From Minisyncoccia bacterium (GTDB taxonomy: Bacteria > Patescibacteriota > Minisyncoccia > Phycocordibacterales > UBA918): a DNA stretch of 64,000 bases. The translations under genes were made by a program, and so were the position numbers. The stretch spans positions 73,023 to 137,022 of the forward strand of contig JBKJIT010000003.1 in assembly GCA_046598345.1 (NCBI GenBank), in the 5' to 3' direction. Below the pieces are notes generated by a model. It worked only from the letters and a program-made list of their open reading frames with translations, was not told the DNA's origin and did no database searches. Below are positions 59,952 through 64,000 of this stretch, one piece after another (position 1 is the first letter of the stretch; every line of letters starts with the position of its first letter).

Positions 59952-60386
59952 ATGTTATTTCCTAAGAAAGTAAAACACCGAAAGTGGCAGACAGACAGAC
60001 GACATCCTGATCGTCTTAATGCGCCAGAAACTCGTGGCATCACGGTGTCCTTTGGTGCGTTCGGTCTCAAGGCAACCACACAGTCTCGAGTGAAGAGCAA
60101 TCAGATTGAAGCAGCGCGTCGCGTGATCTCTCGAACACTTGGAAAGACAGGAAAGGTATGGATTCGTATTTTCCCCGATAAGCCAGTCACGAAGAAACCT
60201 GCAGAAGTAGGTATGGGTAAAGGAAAGGGAGATCCAGATCACTTCATCTTCGATGTTCGCCCTGGCCGTGTTCTCTTTGAGATCGATGGAGTAACTGAAG
60301 CGGTTGCACGTGAGGCACTAAGGAAGGCAACGGCGAAACTTCCGCTTAAGGCAAAAGTCGTAACGCGTGAGCAAACTGGAGAATAA
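59952..60386 (+). CDS. rplP: 50S ribosomal protein L16
   Basis: uL16 sequence. Confidence 0.94.
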   Translation: MLFPKKVKHRKWQTDRRHPDRLNAPETRGITVSFGAFGLKATTQSRVKSNQIEAARRVISRTLGKTGKVWIRIFPDKPVTKKPAEVGMGKGKGDPDHFIFDVRPGRVLFEIDGVTEAVAREALRKATAKLPLKAKVVTREQTGE

Positions 60387-60391
60387 AGTAT

Positions 60392-60607
60392 ATGAATATG
60401 GAAGAACTTAAAAAAATGAATGATGCAGACTTGCAGAAGGAGCTCGCCGAAAAGCGAGACGCCCTTCGAAAGCTCACATTTGGTACTGCAGGAAGCGCAA
60501 TGCGCGACGCTCATGCAAAGCGAAACACAAGAAATGCAATCGCGCGCATACTTACCGAGCAGAACCGCCGCGCGGGAGATGTGAAGAAGGAAACCAATAA
60601 CGCATAG
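60392..60607 (+). CDS. rpmC: 50S ribosomal protein L29
   Basis: uL29 sequence. Confidence 0.88.
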   Translation: MNMEELKKMNDADLQKELAEKRDALRKLTFGTAGSAMRDAHAKRNTRNAIARILTEQNRRAGDVKKETNNA

Positions 60608-60614
60608 TTTCAAT

Positions 60615-60884
60615 ATGGCAACAGAAAACCTTACAACAAAGACAGAAGAAACCATCGCAAAGCGACGTGTGCTTCAGGGTGTCGTAGTGTCTACAAAGAT
60701 GCAAGACACGATTACCGTCGCTGTCGAGCGGTATGTGATGCATCCAAAGTACAAGAAGTACCAGCGCCGAACGAAGAAGTTCCTCGTGCACGACGCAGGG
60801 AACACAGCGAAGGAGGGAGAGCGCGTCAGTATTCGTGAGACGCGCCCGATGTCTCGCCGTAAGCATTTTGAGCTCATAAAATAA
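60615..60884 (+). CDS. rpsQ: 30S ribosomal protein S17
   Basis: uS17 sequence. Confidence 0.9.
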   Translation: MATENLTTKTEETIAKRRVLQGVVVSTKMQDTITVAVERYVMHPKYKKYQRRTKKFLVHDAGNTAKEGERVSIRETRPMSRRKHFELIK

Positions 60885-60888
60885 GTAT

Positions 60889-61260
60889 ATGATTCAACCA
60901 CGATCAATTGTGAATATCACAGATAACTCCGGCGGAAAGCTCGGACGTGTTTTCAAGGTACTTGGAGGCTCAAAGAAGCGTTACGCTGAACTTGGCGAAA
61001 TGGTTGTCCTCTCAATTCAGACTGCAGAGCCACGAAAGTCAGTAAAGAAGAAAGACATAGTGTACGGGGTTGTTGTGCGTCAGAAGAAGGCGTACCGACG
61101 AAAGGATGGCTCATACGTGAGCTTTGACGACAACGCGGTTGTGCTTGTCGATAAGGAAAAGAAGGAACCAAAGGCAAACCGTGTGTTTGGACCGATTCCT
61201 CGCGAGCTGGGAGAAACGGGCTTTCAGAAGATTGTTTCTCTCGCACCAGAAGTGGTGTAA
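60889..61260 (+). CDS. rplN: 50S ribosomal protein L14
   Basis: uL14 sequence. Confidence 0.94.
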   Translation: MIQPRSIVNITDNSGGKLGRVFKVLGGSKKRYAELGEMVVLSIQTAEPRKSVKKKDIVYGVVVRQKKAYRRKDGSYVSFDDNAVVLVDKEKKEPKANRVFGPIPRELGETGFQKIVSLAPEVV

Positions 61261-61278
61261 CCCAATAACTATTTGCAT

Positions 61279-61596
61279 ATGAAGATTAAAAAGAAAGACA
61301 CAGTTATCATCACAGCTGGAAAGGACAAAGGAAAGTCCGGCACGGTGATTCGTGCGTTCCCAAAAAAGGACATGGTGCTCATTGAAGGAGTGAATGTGCA
61401 AACACATCACGAAAAATCAAAGCGCCGTGGCCAGCAGGGGCAGATTGTAGTGCGCCCTACTCCAATTCACGTATCGAATGTGGCACTGAAGCACGGAAAG
61501 GAAGGGAAGGGCGTGCGCATTGGATACGTAATGGAGAAAGACGGTGCGAAGATGAAAAAGGTGCGCGTCGCGCGACCGAGTGGAGACAAAGTATAA
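61279..61596 (+). CDS. rplX: 50S ribosomal protein L24
   Basis: MKIKKKDTVIITAGKDKGK, uL24. Confidence 0.9.
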   Translation: MKIKKKDTVIITAGKDKGKSGTVIRAFPKKDMVLIEGVNVQTHHEKSKRRGQQGQIVVRPTPIHVSNVALKHGKEGKGVRIGYVMEKDGAKMKKVRVARPSGDKV

Positions 61597-61622
61597 TTTT
61601 AGTAAGTATTTAAAGAGAACGT

Positions 61623-62183
61623 ATGGCAAAGACATTTACCACAATGAAGGAAAAAATGGAATCGGTGTATCCTTCACTCCGAGAGTCTTTTGCGTACAAG
61701 AACAAGATGCAGGCACCACGCATCATGAAAATGATCGTTTCAACGGGTGTTGGAAAAATTTCAGATAAGCATAAGCGAGAACTCATTCAGAATCGGCTTG
61801 CACAGATTACAGGGCAGAAGACGGTTGAGCGACGTGCAAAGAAATCTATTGCGACATTCAAGCTCCGAGAAGGTGATGTGGTTGGGTATCAAGTAACGCT
61901 CCGTGGTCCACGCATGCGCACATTCCTTGATAAGCTCATTCACCTGGCACTTCCACAGACGCGTGACTTTCGAGGTCTCCCGATTTCAGCTATTGATGAG
62001 ATGGGTAACTACACTCTCGGTATTAAAGAGCACACGATCTTCCCTGAGACGGCTGACGAGGAAATCAAGAATGTATTTGGATTCGGGATCACAATTGTGA
62101 CAACTGCGAAGACTAAGAAGGAAGCAGAGGCGCTCCTCACGCACATTGGACTTCCACTTCGAGACAAGTCGACCAAGAAGTAA
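61623..62183 (+). CDS. rplE: 50S ribosomal protein L5
   Basis: uL5 sequence. Confidence 0.94.
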   Translation: MAKTFTTMKEKMESVYPSLRESFAYKNKMQAPRIMKMIVSTGVGKISDKHKRELIQNRLAQITGQKTVERRAKKSIATFKLREGDVVGYQVTLRGPRMRTFLDKLIHLALPQTRDFRGLPISAIDEMGNYTLGIKEHTIFPETADEEIKNVFGFGITIVTTAKTKKEAEALLTHIGLPLRDKSTKK

Positions 62184-62330
62184 TGAGAAAAGAAAAAACT
62201 CGATCGAAAAGCTCGAGTTTTTTAGACCTAACAGTGTATTGACATTATTTGTTTTAGTTGTATGATCACTCTCAGTAGCACCTCCCGCAGCCACATGGCT
62301 ACGGGAAATGTAGTTCTAAGGAGATGAATC

Positions 62331-63116
62331 ATGCAAGTGCACATTGATGTACCGGAGTCACTTCAAACGGCGTGGCCAGAAAGTTTGGGGCCCCAGGATA
62401 CGGCCATCGCACGGGCCAAGCAGCGTGTCCGTGAGCATTTTGTGAAAGACCAGCCACAAAAGGTCGTTGTTTCACTTGTTGGGAAATACGATGCATGCAC
62501 AAGTGATCCTTGTGCGGTGTGGCCTATCCCGACAAGTGGCGAGGAAAACGAACCTACGTACTCAGTCTCTCTCGAGGGCAAGCTTGGCCTCCAGTGCACG
62601 ATCGTCGTCGATGAACTTACGTCAGTTCGGACGAAGAACATGATCACGAATCAACACGTTCCTCGAAGTCCCATGTCTCCGGTACTCCGCCAACAACGCC
62701 AGCCGGCACAGCCACCACAGCATAACGGGGTTCAGCCTACCCAAATTGGCCAGAATTACAGCCCTAACGGTTCGACGGTGGCACATGTGAACGGCAAAGC
62801 GTTCGATTTCGATGGGGTGCCGCTCCTTTGTACGGAAGTAAGTACCGCCATGAAATCTCGTGGCGGCGACGCGTACCAGAAGGCTGAGGTTCTACGGAAA
62901 CGAGTGGAGGAAGCGCATCAAGACGTTGACAAGAAAATCCAGGCGGCTCTCGACGCCGAAGTCGAACTGACGAAGCTTGAAGCCGAGTTGCGGGTAGCGG
63001 AAGACCATGTCCGCTCCCATATTCCTCCCAGAATAATTACAGAGTTGATGCGAAGGCACCTTGAACGAATCAAACCGCCGACACCAGAAATGCCGGCGGA
63101 AGCTACCCTTCAATAA
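62331..63116 (+). CDS. Hypothetical protein encoded in a GC-richer insert (Gln/Pro-rich middle, coiled-coil C-terminus)
   Basis: A 261-aa ORF, followed by a terminator at 63141-63172. No recognised domain. Confidence 0.4.
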   Translation: MQVHIDVPESLQTAWPESLGPQDTAIARAKQRVREHFVKDQPQKVVVSLVGKYDACTSDPCAVWPIPTSGEENEPTYSVSLEGKLGLQCTIVVDELTSVRTKNMITNQHVPRSPMSPVLRQQRQPAQPPQHNGVQPTQIGQNYSPNGSTVAHVNGKAFDFDGVPLLCTEVSTAMKSRGGDAYQKAEVLRKRVEEAHQDVDKKIQAALDAEVELTKLEAELRVAEDHVRSHIPPRIITELMRRHLERIKPPTPEMPAEATLQ

Positions 63117-63173
63117 GGGCTTGCGCTCGTATATCCACTTGAATCCCGGACAAACACGTCCGGGATTTTTTTA

Positions 63174-63202
63174 TTGACTCAAGTAGGTGTTTCTGGTATA
63201 TT
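63174..63202 (+). promoter_or_regulatory. Promoter TTGACT-17-TATATT with a ~225-nt leader before rpsZ
   Basis: Near-consensus elements. Confidence 0.55.
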
Positions 63203-63430
63203 CACCCCGTAGCGATATTCGCCTACTCTCGGTTTTGCGGGGTACAGGATGGCTCAAGTGAGCCAAAAGTACTTACGCAAATGAGGACGCGCCGATCATC
63301 TGGCTTTGCTAGAGACGGAAAGCGAGTCTTACGTAGTGCGTGAGGAGAGTGTAGTCACTGATTCGCAGTGAAACAGCTCACCGGTTACATATTTATTCAT
63401 GTTTGGGGAACCAAACTAACCATTTGATTA

Positions 63431-63619
63431 ATGGCAAGAAAATCAGTACTACTTCGTGCACTCCGTGCACCAAAGTTCAAGAGCCGCGTCGTACGACGTT
63501 GCTATCGCTGCGGTCGTAAGCGAGCCTATATGCGCGACTTCGATTTGTGTCGCATCTGCTTCCGTGAAGCAGCGAACGAAGGTCTTATTCCCGGAATTAA
63601 GAAATCATCATGGTAAACG
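63431..63619 (+). CDS. rpsZ: 30S ribosomal protein S14 type Z (zinc-binding)
   Basis: A 61-aa protein, [20 protein letters not shown]. Confidence 0.92.
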
Positions 63620-64000
63620 ATCCTGTAGGAGATTTTATCATCCAGCTTAAGAACGCTGGCATGGTGCGAAAGGAAGCAGTTAGCGTGCCTTACTCAAAAC
63701 TGAAAGCTGCAATTGCGGAGAAGCTTCTTGCAGTTGGGTACATCGGGGCTATCGCAAAGCATGGCAAGAAAGTGAAAAAGACGCTCGACGTAACCCTCAA
63801 GTATGACAAGGATGGTATCCATGTAATGCAGGGAGTGAAACGATCGTCAAAGCCAGGACGTCGCATGTACCTGGGTGTTCAAGACATTTTCCCTGTGAAG
63901 TTCGGAAAGGGAGAACGAATTCTCTCAACGCCGCTTGGAATTCTTACCGGCAAGGAGGCTCGTGAGAAGAACGTCGGAGGAGAAGAACTCTTTATCATTT
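63613..64000 (+). CDS. rpsH: 30S ribosomal protein S8 (partial, runs off the window end)
   Basis: [46 protein letters not shown]... The start overlaps the rpsZ stop. Confidence 0.88.

Overview
The window is low-GC bacterial chromosome with strong synteny. The gene content and small proteins suggest a small-genome lineage, possibly Patescibacteria/CPR-like, but that is low-confidence inference.

Gene content, in order:
- Housekeeping genes: hfq, xth, a CCA-adding enzyme, four tRNAs, HU, rny, clpP, tig, ppa and nusA.
- A type IV pilus cluster: pilB, pilC, three prepilin-like pseudopilins and a PilX-like large minor pilin.
- tpiA-pgk, recJ-rnhA, and a ComEC that is split around sodA.
- The str/S10/spc ribosomal-protein superoperon: rpsL, rpsG, fusA, tuf, rpsJ, rplC-D-W-B, rpsS, rplV, rpsC, rplP, rpmC, rpsQ, rplN-X-E, rpsZ, rpsH.

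The superoperon is the striking part. It is broken at five operon junctions by cargo islets, and each islet carries its own sigma70-like promoter and hairpin terminator. Some islets look GC-richer than their surroundings by eye; I did not compute GC. The first islet encodes a protein that fuses an RpoD-like sigma region 4 to an RNA polymerase alpha C-terminal-domain homolog. I consider this the most novel feature.

Two further observations are visible directly in the sequence:
- Two families of short structured repeats, with compensatory stem changes, cluster next to tRNA genes, in the fusA and tuf leaders, and in the clpP 3' region.
- There are tRNA-fragment duplications that look like att sites around tRNA-Pro and tRNA-Gly.

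An ECF sigma/anti-sigma pair lies convergent with a membrane S1 protease gene. Nearly every gene ends in a perfect hairpin terminator. No CRISPR array, restriction-modification or classic defense genes were recognised.
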